Origin: Tubulanus polymorphus | Taxonomy: Eukaryota; Animalia; Nemertea | DNA length: 39,456 nt | Direction: 5' to 3' | NCBI RefSeq assembly: GCF_964204645.1 | Contig: NW_027437487.1 | Span: forward strand, 1 to 39,456 | Shown: positions 24,548 to 39,315 of the stretch, one piece after another | Layout: each line of letters begins with the position of its first letter | Position numbering within the stretch: position 1 is the first letter of the stretch | The notes under the pieces: generated by a model | What the model was told of the DNA's origin: nothing | The model's input: only the letters and a program-made list of their open reading frames with translations | Database searches by the model: none | Position numbers and translations under genes: made by a program

Positions 24548-27541
24548 AATGAAATACGAGAAAGTTTTCGTTGATCTATAAACGCTGACGTGGAACTGTT
24601 TCTATTGCCTGGTGGTGCATTGCATTGATATCCTCTTCATTTCGTTGTGGTAAAACTATCAATATACTGGAGAATTCAGGGAATACACGTTTACTATTCC
24701 GTTCAGTTTCAGAGGACGTCAACGTGATGTTCGAGTGAATCTTCAGTTTGATATCAAAACTGGCCCCAAGGGATTCAAGACTTGTATGAGACCTTCTTAG
24801 TTCTAGCAACTTAGGATCAGTTTCATCTAACAGCTTAAGACTAAGCTCCGGGGCATTTTAGTTCTATAACCAATCTAGCAACTTAAGTCTCGCAAGTCTT
24901 AGGTCATTTCGGAACTAGCCAATCTAACAACTTGTGACCAGTCTGAGATTATTCTGATTAAAACCAATTTAGCAACTGAAGACCGGTCTTGGGATTTAAC
25001 TCCACTTTCGAACTTAATAAAGTCACCACTGCGCAATTGGGCTTCGGACATCGTAGTTTGTTCTGCAATCGAGCATGCTATAACTGTCATATTCAGGTGT
25101 TCAAACCTATTGCGGGGAGGGCATCGTGAAATAAAGACGAAGTTGTTTATCCAGATAGACAGCTGTATCGTGGAACAATTCGAATAACTAGTGTTTGTCA
25201 TATAGATTTGTATAATATCCGATTCGGCTTAGAGAAGAAAAAAAAACCCGCTGCCCTCAGTGCAAATATAACCGAAATATAATATTCATAGACATTTCAC
25301 TGAATGTAAGTTAATCTCTTGACAACGTGGCGCGATTCTGTTCTTCGCGTTTTATCGGGATTGAATCTTCTGGAAAGAAAAATGACTAGCGAATACAGCA
25401 AAATAGTTCATTGAAGGTGCTATTTTTTCCTAATGTTTCAAACCGATGCAACGTTCGTTAGTTATACGGTATATTACTACAAGCGCCCTTAGGTACGTAC
25501 GTATCCACGTAAAGGCACTCCTGTTAAAAATTAACTTTCGTGTATTCTTTGAATTTAATATTCATTAAGCGACGACGACGACGGCAGCGGCGAAGGCTCG
25601 CCAAAACACATGTTCAATATTCAGATAGAATCATGACACGCATTCATTAAGACTATAAACACACTATATACAAATTCAACTGATTAAAAACGAGATTAGT
25701 TTTGAATTGGAATTAAATTCTGAAAGACAGACAACGTCAACACCAAACACCATACGCCGTGTTGATCTTAATTCCTGATAAATGAATTTCTAATCTTTTT
25801 AATGTATATATAGTGGATTCTGAAATCGATTACTTATTTTCCACGTCCTCAATTAATGGACTCATTCTATTAAGATACGAATCTATAAGTAAAAGCATAT
25901 GCAGATCCAGTTGCACGGCTCCACAGTTTGAGTCAATCTTTGACTCAGTCATGGCTAAGACCTAAGACAGGTCTTAGGCCATCTAACAACTGCTACAGCC
26001 AATCTAACAACTTACCGGTAAGACCAGAATTGAGAACACTTTTGAATGTTAGTCCCCACTATGCAAAACGGCTCTACAGGGCCACTTAAATTTAAAACTG
26101 ACTTGAGTTGTGAGATTGGTTATACAGTACTATGTTGGTCATATATCATATCATATCATATCATTTTATTTCCTGGATAATTTACATCAAAATCTTAGAC
26201 TGGTCTAAAATTTAAGCCATGTTTGTGCGCCTGGGACCATTACAAATACGATAATAAAGTAAAACAGTTTTTACATTCGGATCAAATGTTATTCATTAAC
26301 CCCAACACATTTCCTCCAACTTTCAATATCGTTTAGTTCATCCAGAAGGTTTTTATCCTTGGCCGCGATGTTTACCACGGTAAACGGCAGGCAGTTTGAA
26401 AATCACATTTCCATTCGATGTTGACTTTACAGAGAACAAACAAACCGGGATAATCAGACCAGGTAGGCGGAAGGAAGTCGAAGGGCTCGGTAGGGGTTTT
26501 TTTGTTGAAAGTACGAATCAACCTTTACATAACAAACGAAAAGAAAAATATTTAGAAAAAAGAGATAGAGAGGGTGAGAGGAAGAGCGAATGGAGAACCA
26601 CTTCTCAGCTGTTTACCATCTATCGTTAAAACAAATAGCATCTTCCTGGTTATTAGTTAAATTGTTATCGTGCGAGTATTAACAGGTGTGCTGTTGATTT
26701 AGTTAGCGCTTAAACAGTTCTATGGCTTAAAACAATTCGATTTTTTCTACTGTTTGAAATCAACGGATTAGATTCTCAGACGCGTTGAACCGAGGTCGAG
26801 AAACCGTAACGCAGAATGTTTGTAGGGGTTTTAAATCAATAAACGCGAAAACAGGTTCAGGGAGAAACGATTTGAATGCTTTGAGCCATTAAAGAAAAGG
26901 TTTTTGAAAATGGCTCCTTGAAACGTGGAACGATTGTGAAATGACGGTGAAATTTGCACTCGCTCGAGTATCGAACCCGGGTGTCGTACACAGCTAACGG
27001 TCGTGGTTACCGGTAAACCGATGAATCAATCCACTTTACTCTGTGTTCATACAGCACAACACGTCAAAATCCTCTTATAGTTTGTATTCTTCATGTGTGA
27101 AATATAATCATAATTCACAAGTGAAAGATGGCGATGATCGTATCACTGCATATATCTACATATTTCTACAGATTTCTAACTGCAGATATCGCCGCCGTCC
27201 GAACGCGATCACGCGATCTGCAAATTTTGAAAAACTGTTTTTTCTTCACCTTGAACTTGAATTTCCAGCTCGCGATAGAAATCGACAGCTTCGAACGAGA
27301 GGCTCGAGAGCTGATGAAATTCAACCGATGGAAGATTACAGTGGTATCAAAAATGCAGTGCAACCGGATCGTGGGTTATATTACCTAATCTCCAGTAAAC
27401 TGTATCTCATGGATCTGGATCGGGGATATTTGGTAATCTCGCTACATATTTTACCTGTTTGTGAGATCGGTTTAGATCGGTGATAATTTATAAATTGTAT
27501 ATTATTTGTTATAAATTGCTATAATTTTCAGAAAATAAATA

Positions 27542-27578
<37 letters not shown>

Positions 27579-29584
27579 GTTTAAAGAACGAAAATGAACT
27601 TAGACTGGTTGTGAAATTGTTAGATTCGTCAGAGAACTTGTCTTAAATCCAAGTGTAATTTATCCACATGAGTTTTAATCAAAGACGTTACTGAATGAAG
27701 GCATTCGTTTTTCTTGCCTGATGTTTTGTGTTTTAAATGTCACATCGTTATGGTTCTCATATTAGCATTGCCGTTAGTAGCGCGACTGATGAGAGTACTG
27801 TGGGAGTGTTTGTTATACGAAACGAGCTGGAATGAGTTTATTTTTTTGAGTTGTTCTTGACTGAATAATGACTAAATCATAGGTCAATGACCTTTTTCGC
27901 GGTAAACAACTGATCTGGCAGTGGTAATCTCCTCGATAACCTGTCTGTGGAGCTGTGCACCGATTGCAATCTAAGTTTTCTAGTTGAGTGATGCAATGTG
28001 AACTTAATCTTCTTTGAAAATATTTGTTTTGTTTATCAACTGTGGATCGAACTGGACACGTAGGAAAATCAAACCCACGCAACTGTGGAACAGGAGTTTA
28101 GAGACAAGTTAAGCCCTCACAACTGTGGAACTGGGTACCGAGTCAAATTGAACCCACACAACTATTGAACAGGTCCACGGCATTTTCGTAGAACTTCAGA
28201 GACCAAGGTTTTGATCACGAAAAAAAAACCTTCTCAAATGATTATAAATTCTAAGACATTTAAACTGTTTAAAGCAATGATTTAGTGTATTTTGCTTTTC
28301 TTAAGGTGACCGGGTATCTTTCTGCGTCAATAGCACTTACGAGCGTATAGCATACGTATTCACGCGAAAAAGATTGCATTTCGGAACTCTGGATGGGCGC
28401 CGTCAAAATATCCGATTAATCATTTTAATCGTCTCGGATTAAGTTACAACGAACGACGGAAGACGTATAAATATTTCATGAGCAAAATTGAATTTACTTG
28501 GCGACTCGTGTAAACACTGCCGGCAAGAATGAGTTCAATAGAACGGAATCTGATTTGAAATTCAAAGTCACGGGTTAAGTTGTGAAATGTTTTTAACGAG
28601 TTTATGTCGGAAGTTGGGTTGACGGACGATCGGATGTTACTTTATACAAACAAATCGGCAATTAATGAACTACCGGCATATTTCTAACTTGATATCGAAT
28701 TCTGTATGACTTTTAACATTATCGTAACGGTTTTAACGGCGGTTTTTAGATTTCAAGTAAAGATTTAGAGTAAATCAACAAAAATGAATACGAGAGACTA
28801 CAATCCTCCGTATTTCAAAATCAAACCCGCTGTTTCATTCTCGGCAGTGTGACTAGTGGGTTTATAAGGGTCCCAACAAATAATCATAAAAACCATATGA
28901 ATCAATCGAATCATCCTTCGTTCAAACACGTGTTTCATATTTTGTATACGAAAGACAGATTCACAATATTGAAGATTATAATCGGATGACATTTCGGGTA
29001 AAATGCTTCTGCACAAGGTCACAGATTTATCAGAAATGTTTCCGCTATTTCTAAAAGCTGTATTCGCTGATGATTGGATAATCGGCTTAACGTGAGTAGT
29101 ATTCACATATAGAGAGAGATGAGGCAACCGAATGCGGTGATGATCCTGTGCATCTCGACAGCGCGGTGGATCCTTTGATTTTTTTGTTTTAAAAGATAAT
29201 CACGACGTAGAAGACGCGGAGTACACGTCTCATATCTGGAAGTGCGAAATGATAGAGGGAGAGAGGGAGGGAGGGAGGGAGAGGGAGGGAGGGAGGGAGG
29301 GATAGAGAGAGCAGCGAACAGCAGTAATTCCCTGTACGCAGATCCGCTTTCTGTAACATCATGAGAGAAACGACTCGTACCACAATGGACTCTGGATGAT
29401 GCCTAATTAGTAAAAATAGTCACAGTCACTTGGCTCATATAGATTCATTAGGGATCATAGTTTCACAGTTTCACCCAGTTTCACAGTTGTGAGTTGACTG
29501 CTTAGAGTTGAGACACTGGTAGATTAGTAAATATTAACTTTAAACCGCAGTGGATCCAGATGAAGTTACCCCATTGAAACTCGA

Positions 29585-29734
29585 AACTGTGGAACTGGAT
29601 CGTGAGTTTAGAGTTGAATCTATCTCATAACTGTGGAACTGGAGCCTGAGTTCAGAGTTAATTCTATCTCCATAACTGTGGAACTGGAGCCTGAGTTCAG
29701 AGTTGACTCTAACTTACAACTGTGGAACTGGATC
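29585..29734. repeat. 44/45-bp tandem repeat of the MITE family 1 right end
   Basis: AACTGTGGAACTGGA at 29585, 29629, 29674 and 29718, with similar intervening sequences. Confidence 0.85.
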
Positions 29735-30094
29735 CAGGATTACCGCGAGTATTGAACTTTTTTTAGCTATAGAATTCGTTTTTCTAAACGATAAGCAATT
29801 TTTTCATTAGATATTCTGGTCTGCACAACTGATAACGGAGTAGACGTTTTTAAACATCAATCGTATAAAGTTACCGCTGTATTTCTTATACTCTGTGTGT
29901 AATGCGCTTAGTGTCTATGTAAGCTTTAAGCCATATCGTCCGCTTCTTCCACGGCAACTTTTAATATCGCGTGAAAAACGAATATTCTTTTCAAATCAGA
30001 CGTATTTATTTATATCTATTCATGCGATATATGGATACACTGATACTGATATTATCTTCTTGGTCAAATATCTAAAAGATTTTGTGCAGTTCGG

Positions 30095-30342
30095 TCTGCC
30101 AACTGGAATCACGATCACACGAGCGTTTTCGACCCAGGCCAAATTCGGTCCGACAAAAAGCGTCGGTCCCCGCCTAGATTTTAGCGCGGGTGAAATCATT
30201 GCGCGTTAACGCTAACAACTGGTTCCGGAAGTGACTCACCTCGCGTGCCACAGCATCGTTTCGATTGTATTTAAGTAACGAGTGAGTGATTTACGTGTGC
30301 AGCGCGCTCTAGTTAGGCGCTGGCCAAATTTGACTCGGTCTG
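30095..30342 (+). repeat. Dispersed repeat, copy 2
   Basis: Collinear with 2875-3100 in the same orientation. Confidence 0.8.
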
Positions 30343-30993
30343 GTGCAGACTGGTATAGATTGAGCATTGATTCTGACTCAATTTTTGAAAAATGACTTAG
30401 GCAATTATCCAAGGCGTCTGACGTAACTGATATGAAATGCGCTCGCGGGAAGAGCTCTGGACGGTAAAGTTATTAGTTGTAAGTCGATTTGAAAATGAAC
30501 CTGTCACCTCTCTAGGACTGGAGATGACTTGTTATCGATGTTAGGATGATCAGCTCTCCAAACCCGGACAACGCTAAGAGTTCGTTCGTTCACACGGGTA
30601 GCGTTCAATAACGCGTCACACATTCGTCGCCGTTTTTATTCCAGTCTCGAGGGCGGTAATATAGCAGATGGAAAGATTCAAAGTGTTCGAGGTGACGGGG
30701 TAAATATTCCAGCTCAAATTATTCAAATCGTAATGTAAAAATGTGAAACTTCGTGGAGTCAGTATCCGCGCTAAGAGCCGGGCTCAGACAACTGCCGGCG
30801 ACTATCGTAGATTAAACTCAGATCGAATTCAGCGATAATCGCCGACCAGTTGTTATCGGTCGTAACGTTTATTCCATTAACTCTCCATCTATTTAGTGGC
30901 ATTATTGTGAGAGAAAAATTAAAATCATAATTAAGATGGGTTACCAGTTACCAGAAAAAGCTCTAACATCGATCAACCGTTTTTAGTATTCTG

Positions 30994-31102
30994 GGTCCAG
31001 TTCCACAGATTCTGAGTTAAGGTTTAACTCTGAGTTAACTCGTTGAAAATGAACTCACTTTAACTCAGAGTTAACACTAACTCACAACTGTGGAACTGGG
31101 CC
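30994..31102. mobile_element. PIF/Harbinger-type MITE, family 1 (GGNCCAGTTCCACAG TIR, CTG TSD)
   Basis: GGTCCAGTTCCACAG...CTGTGGAACTGGGCC with CTG at 30991-30993 and 31103-31105, and internal GAGTTAACTC palindromes. Relatives at 20769-20833, 29474-29734, 28037-28176 and about 3420-3436. Confidence 0.85.
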
Positions 31103-31164
31103 CTGGCGTTTATTTCCGCGTGGTTCGTCCTTCAATAAAACTACAGTATTCATACAATAATTTG

Positions 31165-31246
31165 TCCTCGGCCAAAGATGTAAAGGTCTTGAGTAAAAGG
31201 TTAGATATATTTGAGCAACGTTTCGGCTAAAAACGGCCATCATCCG
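31165..31246 (-). repeat. Diverged copy of hammerhead family B
   Basis: Minus strand reads CGGATGA-T-GGC..GCC-GAAACGTTGCTCAAATATAT...TTTTACT...TTTGGCCGA and aligns with 20619-20705. Confidence 0.7.
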
Positions 31247-32268
31247 CAGAAAATAGTCTTTTCATCGATAATTTGCACTCAATAATGTCCCGGAGAAGTG
31301 TATTGTAGTTTCTAGGAGACCAACACCTATAAACCTACAGAAGGCATATCCTTCTCTTTCATTCTTTCACCGTCAGATTTCCTCGTTCTTTTCCGCTCAT
31401 ACATCAATATAAAAGGGTTTGTGTTTTACGGTAATATCCGCCTGGTTGTGATCGGAGCCGAACGCGGTCACGTCGACGTTTCCGCGCACGACTTCAAGTC
31501 ACATCGAGCTTCACACGTTCGGGTCAATAATCCTCATCATAAAAACCAAAGAACCGCTGTTAACTCCGTAGCGTTCGACCGGATAGGACCGCAGATTGAA
31601 AGCCGCGTTGCCGAATCGATTCAAACTATCTGTAGATTAATTGGTTTGATATTGCGCCAGTCAGGGCCAGTGATAAAACAATCCGTGTGTAAAATAACGC
31701 CTTCAGCATTCAGTCGTATACCGACCAAGTTCAACGCGGAAATAACAACAACCACACGAGCCAAATTTCCAGTTATTAAGATTAATATAATTCTTCTCAA
31801 GTTGTTGTAATCGAGAGATCTAAGATGTTGATTATTCGGTGTCATTTCAGCATTTTATTCTTGTCTTCATTCAGTTTGTCAGCCCACCAGGTGGTGGTGT
31901 TAGTTTAGTTCAGGAAAACATTCCCTGCGCCGAGTCGCTGTCACAAAAAGATGTTTATGGAATCGAATTGCCATTACACCCGTTTCCGTGAGAGTTTCAA
32001 ATGAGTTTTTTTATTTTTGCTTTTCAATTCAGAATTCAGTCGAAACGTCACTAGATTTTATCTTATCATATTCTGTTTATAGACAGTCATTTTATGTGCT
32101 GAAACAAACCGAGATAAAAGGTTCGATTTGACCTCGATATCGACCTCGACTTTCGCCACGAATTATACGATCAATGAATCGCTATAACTATCTACGTATT
32201 GGAGTCGATCTCTAGCTGTTCGAAGGTCGCAGTGAACGGAACAGCACGACATTTAACACGACAGAAAT

Positions 32269-32808
<540 letters not shown>

Positions 32809-33392
32809 AAGACGCGCGTTAGCGGGAATTAAACGAACTAGCGATCTTCTACTCGCCGCTATTGCTTACACAACGTTAATGAACGAACCACTTCAGCGTA
32901 GTTTGCAGCCTTAATATGATATCACCCAGTTAAATACCAGACTTCATCATCGACTAAACTCTTAAGGAAGGCAGCGGGTATTCAAACTAGTAGCAATCAC
33001 GCGGATTTTCGCGTCCAAACCTCAAGGGAATATAATGATCCGTACACAAATCGATAGATCATATATTTCGTTGACATTTTCGTCAAACGAAATAGTTCTG
33101 AAGACGTGAACTGGAGAAGGAAGCAATTGACATTTCACTAAGAGATATCCCCGCGGGTACAACTGATCATTAATCCACGCAATTTCAAGCAAAGCGATCG
33201 CGTCGCTAATATCTAAATCATAGACTTAAAAACTGAGAGATCATTTAACTTGATGTACTTTTTAAGCGACTTGGTAGATTTCTTCGGTCTTTAACGAAAA
33301 GACCGCTCAATTTTTGTCGTAGTTTTATAGACTGGTCAATTCTTTTCGCCATTTCAAAGACTTATGGTCAATTTTCGTCACCTAAAAGTCTG

Positions 33393-33530
33393 GGGCCGGT
33401 TGCATAGGCATGGCTTAGACTTAAGACCAGTCTAAGACCAACTTAGTTCAATAGCCAATCTAACAGCTTAAGACCAGTCTTAAGATTTAAAACTACTTTT
33501 GGACTTAAGTCACGACTGTGCAACAGGCCC
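33393..33530. mobile_element. PIF/Harbinger-type MITE, family 2 (GGGCCNGTTGCA TIR, CTG TSD)
   Basis: GGGCCGGTTGCATAG...CTGTGCAACAGGCCC with CTG on both flanks and internal CTTAAGACCAGTC repeats. Diverged copies at about 1230-1292, 1445-1575, 4219-4330, 17318-17434, 23869-23977, 24762-25042, 25907-26237 and 27596-27650. Confidence 0.85.
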
Positions 33531-36500
33531 CTGGTCTATCTTTTTCATATCCCTTGCAACTCATTTCTAGATTAAAAATGACTAAAAAGTTGAATTTTCA
33601 ATGATAACGCTTTTTATTGCACCATCGCTAAATACACAATTGAAAGTTAATCAGTATTCTCTTTATTGCCTATCGAGCGTGCAAATGAACATTCAAGAGC
33701 CGAGAATGTTTGCATAATTGTACAACGATGAACATGAAATTATTTGAAATTTGAATGCGGATTTCCCTGTACTGTTCAGAAAATTTGAATAATTCAAATG
33801 CAGTTTACAAGTACTATTTATGTTGGAATACAATTTCCATAATAGAAAATTTGAATATAATCAAAAATGCAGTTTCCATGGACTTTTAGACAGTTGAATA
33901 TGATTTTAGAATCGAAGTTGGTTCGAGTTAACTGTTGTACAAATACCATAGTTGCAATGCGATCATTATGCCAGCCATCCACCAGCTTATCAACAACTTT
34001 TCAGCGACTCAGAGAGTATTTCATTGGTCATTTAACTTTTCTTTTAGATTTGTGGGTTTGATTAATCTTCATCTAATCTTCATCTAATTACGTCTGATTG
34101 AACGGGCCATTCTTCGAGAAGAGAGAGAGAGAGAGAGAGAGAGAAAAACCAAAATAAAGTCTATGAATAGAAGCATTTTTTCGTTTCTAGTTTATCTGGA
34201 ATGAACCCACGTAGTCGCTGTTAGCGCGGGCGGAATACGTAGACAAACTTGAAGCAGAAAATCTATTAAAAACAACGAAACGTTTCGAGAATTCCGAAGT
34301 TTGTACAGGTTGCCAGTTGTTCAAGGATAAATAACAGTGATGACTGCGCCTGCTTGTCAACTCCTATTAGAACCAGTCAGCAGATACACACAACGCGTCA
34401 GTTCAGTGGCAGATCCCACCTTATCGTCTGCCAGCAAAATGATATAACGCTTTTTGTTGTTACACTTAAAGAATCTCTGGAAACGTCGGAAATTTAAAAA
34501 TATTAAAACGCCGCCGATCCGTGAGAGAGAAAGTAAACAATTTATTTAGCGTCGATGAACTGTGAAAAAAAGGATGAGAATAAACGTTGAAAGGATCAGA
34601 ACTTGAAGGAAGAGATGATAGAGCTATATTTGAAAGAGTTATTTGTAATGATGATGATATAAAACACCAATGGTAGGTGATGAACGGGGGTTTGCTGCGT
34701 TACGTCCATCGATGAAACACCCACAGTTCACGGTGCAAGGATGATATAAGATCCCACACTCGCCATGAAAAATAAAGTCCAAGATGTTTCCTGATAAAAA
34801 GGTTACGACGTTTCGTAAGTTCTGGGGTTCGGAAAAAAAGAAACGGTGGTAATCACTGAAAAATTAGCGGCGTCAAAGTTCACCAGTCGGGTTCCATCCT
34901 CGGCGTTCGAAGAAATAATGCTTTTTGAGTGAGTGTAAAATTAGGTTTTAACGATCTTTGTTCTAACTTTATAAGGACAACCTCGATGTAAAGCCAGGAG
35001 TTTGAACCTCGAGACCACCCTCTAAAAATACACCTTATAGAACCATCGTCTTTTATCATATTAACATCTTGATTCTTAATAGATAAATTTAGTTAATTTT
35101 TTCTCTTTGAAATTCCTAAATACCGGGTTCTATTCTTATTTTCATCTGTTCTATTCTGATACATATGTATATCGATTCGAAGCGCCGATGAAACCGACTT
35201 TCATATATTTTCAAGATGCATTCACGTGGTAATTCTGTCATCGCATTGTCCGCTCGCGAGTCAGTGCACTGTCGTTACACAACACCCGCGAACCAACACA
35301 AAACAGCGACACGACAATAAAAATATTTTCCAAAGCAACCTGTTGTTCTGTTCCCTCGACGCGTGTAACAGATTTTCCGTTGGATAAGATCGATAAGAGA
35401 CTGTTTTATCGGAGAGATGAAAAAATTAGAAAATCACGAAAAATGTTCCCCGATGTGAAAAACAGATTAAAATGCGCATTGGTGAAGCATATTTATTCGG
35501 TTTCCGCGTATCTCCACCGCGTTCGCGTTATCCTCACCTTATCAGCTATAGCGTGTGACTTCGGGCTCAAACGGGTATTAAAATCGTTAAAACACTTGAG
35601 AATTTAACAGATGAAACTGATGTTCCGAAGCTCTTCAAAACTGGACGAATGACAGAGGAATTTATTGGCGATATTTCATATCAGTTTATTAGCCAGAGAC
35701 GCGCTGGCGCGAACTGACTGCTCAACAGATGTTCGTTGCGCAAAGCAAACACTACAGCCATTTCCATAAAGCTAGTTTTGTCGGTTGACATCAGTCGGCT
35801 GAGCTGCGATTATATGAAATCACTCTCGCGATGGTGATGGACGTAACTCTGCCGCTGTAAAGGATTTCTTCTGTCGCTTCGTTCACGGGTGAGTCGACAA
35901 TTTCGTGTGCAGATTTAGAGGGTGGTTTCGAACCCCGCGGTTGTCATTTCGATCGAAGGTAGAGTTCGATAAAGATATTTACAGCCGGTAAATGTGACAC
36001 TCATCCTCTCGGCACTTGCGCACTATGTTCGGATATATTTCTTCAAGAGCATCTTTAAATCTGGGGGTCTGTAGTAAAAAGTACCTTTTTTCTTCTTACC
36101 CGGTATTCCGACTTTTCTACCCTTGAATTTCTATGATAATACAGTAAACCTCAGGGTCTACTAACCCAGTCCTGTTAGTGGTTGTTTCCGCTGGTGCTCT
36201 TCAGCGCTCTACGATCCTTTGGTAACATCTCAGACAGTATGGCTTTCGGTGAAACTTACTCGTGGCCAGCTCTGATTTTTTTACAAACTCAGTAAAAAAA
36301 TAAATGGATAAAATCCTTTACTTTGGTTTTCTGACGTATTTTCGTATTTATTGTATTAGACTTTAAGGTTAACTCAGACCAATTTAGCCGGTCCCGCTTT
36401 CAACGAGTATTGTGATGTTTACCGGACACGACCACGTGCCAGGCCGATTTGCGATGGAATTCTATTTTCTTTCAAACGATAATAAACCTCGACAGAAGAC

Positions 36501-36742
36501 AGTGCGAACTCGCGCGGGTTTTACATCAACACGTCTCACTTAACGATCCAGCATCTGAAGTTGAAATTTCTACGAAGCTAATTTCGTTTTGTTGATGTAG
36601 GCGGTCTGACTTCTGCGGCGCTGGCTAAAATTTCATCGAACAGTGAGAAAGACAATATGTCGCAATCTTACATCGATTATCAGTCAGAATATCCGAAGCC
36701 ATTCTGATCAGTAAAAGTATGAAAAATAAATACAGAACGTCG

Positions 36743-37160
<418 letters not shown>

Positions 37161-37687
37161 ACGCGCCCACATCACATCTAATTGAGTTTTCCATATTCTA
37201 GTTTCGGATATTCTAGCTGCTTGGTAACTATTACAATAACGATATAGCTACATTTCAATAAATCGATTCATTTGGTAAACAGACGATCGAGTTAAATTAG
37301 CCGATATTAACGTATACTCGTAGACACTGTCCGCAGATCAAATATAGCGCGGTTTGTAAAACTATTATGATCTGGTGTTCGAGTCTATTCGTCTAAGCGT
37401 ATCAAATCCTACTGGTGTGTAAACCTAATTACGAGTAGCATAGACTACTAATTGAATTTACTGATCCGTCAATCGGGTTAAGTTGAGTATTATGTCTCGA
37501 GGAATTTAAGACAGTTTCTCATATACATTACGTCAAGGGGACGCGTTACACGGTGGCATTTAATTTTGAGTGATGTAACTTCATAGTTCGTCTTCGGTTC
37601 GTAGCTTCCGAGGGACGTGTGACGTCACTTATACTACGCCCCAACGGCAGAGTTAAATTAACTGAAGAAATGAATTTGGTTGACTGA

Positions 37688-37846
37688 CTCTCCCTCTCCC
37701 TCTCCCTCTCCCTCTCCCTCTCCCTCTCCCTCTCCCTCTCCCTCTCCCTCTCCCTCTCCCTCTCCCTCTCCCTCTCCCTCTCCCTCTCCCTCTCCCTCTC
37801 CCTCTCCCTCTCCCTCTCCCTCTCCCTCTCCCTCTCCCCTCTCCCT
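37688..37846. repeat. (CTCTCC)n hexanucleotide microsatellite
   Basis: Direct reading. Confidence 0.98.
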
Positions 37847-38109
37847 CGGTTATATATATGGTTATATGGTTATTGAATGAGAAAGATCCACCGATCGAGA
37901 GTTTGATGATTTATAGCCGATGGTAGAAGTTTTGATGTGAATTCCCGCTGATGTGTAGTGGGTTTAGTATAGTGAAGAGATTCGGGCACTGATGTCGATT
38001 AATCAAACATGCAGTAAGATGCGATGATAGTTTGACACGGTGAACGAACGCACACATGCCACCCACCGCTGTCGCTGTCGCTGTGACAGTCGCTGTCGCT
38101 GTCGCAGCC

Positions 38110-38319
38110 GTGGTGGTGGTCTGGTTCCATCCATCGTGGTTTCTGGTTTCCCGAAACAACCCTATCGGATTGTTCATCTAACCTCACGACGGAACCGCGG
38201 CCTTCGGAACGTTGCCCGCCACATTGTAAGCATCCAGCAGGACTCGAACCCGCTTGTCACTTATCTCTAATCACGAATGCAGCAGCATCACGCCTTGTCC
38301 AGCTGAGTTACTGGTGGCC
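38110..38319 (-). mobile_element. tRNA-derived SINE
   Basis: Minus strand has A-box-like TAACTCAGCTGG (38310-38299) and B-box GGTTCGAGTCC (38250-38240), a non-tRNA body and a CCACCACCAC tail. No canonical cloverleaf. Confidence 0.65.
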
Positions 38320-39174
38320 GCTTGTCTTCGTTCCCCAACGTCCACGTCTGAAGTTCGTGGTCGTCAAATATAGTGTTTTTTATCGGCCATCTCCGTTTCC
38401 TATCGGGAGCTAGCAGAGAGAGCGACTGGACAGATAGGTTCGTGATTGAGTAAGGTCAATGAGGGACAGTCATCTTTTGTCATCATGGTGTAGAATATGC
38501 GGCTGGTCATCACAGATAGGTACAGCACAAGACCAGTGGGATTTAGTATCAACTTACTGCTCGGTGTATATACTAGTACACAAGATACAACATATCAAAG
38601 TCTGACCAATATCAATATGTCTATGGAAAACTGAAATAAATTAAGTCTACGGCTATTTAAGCATCATCTTAAGAAATTTCGATAGAATTCGGCTTTAGTG
38701 ATACATTGTATATCCTTTGGAAGATTATCAGAATTTTCAATGATATATTCGTCGAAAACATTTTTGCTAAATTTTTACTCGAGAAATACTTTTGAATCGG
38801 AAAAGCTCTCGTAATTGAGAGAGGGCAGGGATGTCTCAGTTCCATCGTCTTTGAATTTTCTTGATTGATTTGATTTCAACATTCATTTGATTGGTCCTTT
38901 AACGATCCACGAGTCGCACCTGCCGGGAACGAAAACAGCCGGTTTTCGTCGAACCATGAACCATAGCATACATCGAATGACCAGACACTAATCTCCCATT
39001 TCTCAAAATGTCACTAACGTACAGTATGCACTTAAGCCGTTAAGAAGCCGTACCTTCTTCAAGCTGGTTGAAGTACATATATGTATATACTAGACGTTAA
39101 GCCTGATCCGTGAGTGCACGGTACATGAACGTGACAGCTCATTCCTTCAAGATCGAACTCTATCCTTTAACAAT

Positions 39175-39315
<141 letters not shown>

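Noticed and set aside
26956-27023. tRNA gene on the minus strand (CCCGGGTTCGATACTCG...TGCA)
   Set aside because: Only a degenerate T-arm/B-box is present, with no proper D-arm or acceptor stem. At most it is a SINE or pseudogene relic. The same applies to about 9390 and 35925.
27269-27388. Possible terminal exon LAIEIDSFEREARELMKFNRWKITV... after a pyrimidine-rich CAG
   Set aside because: No recognisable domain and no partner exons. The downstream AATAAA is part of an (AAT)n run. RNA-seq would be needed.
28037-28176. CRISPR-like repeat-spacer pattern
   Set aside because: The repeat is only about 14 bp, degenerate, and equals a MITE end. The linkers share an AA(C/G)CC(A/T)C.C ending.
31421-31845. 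129-aa plus-strand ORF and overlapping minus-strand ORF
   Set aside because: The plus ORF has a non-ATG start, neither has a recognisable motif, the antisense in-register frame has several stops, and splice signals are weak.
39057-39073. miR-133-like CTTCAACCAGCT on the minus strand
   Set aside because: The seed region and a pre-miRNA hairpin are absent. I did not spot any other conserved miRNA by eye.
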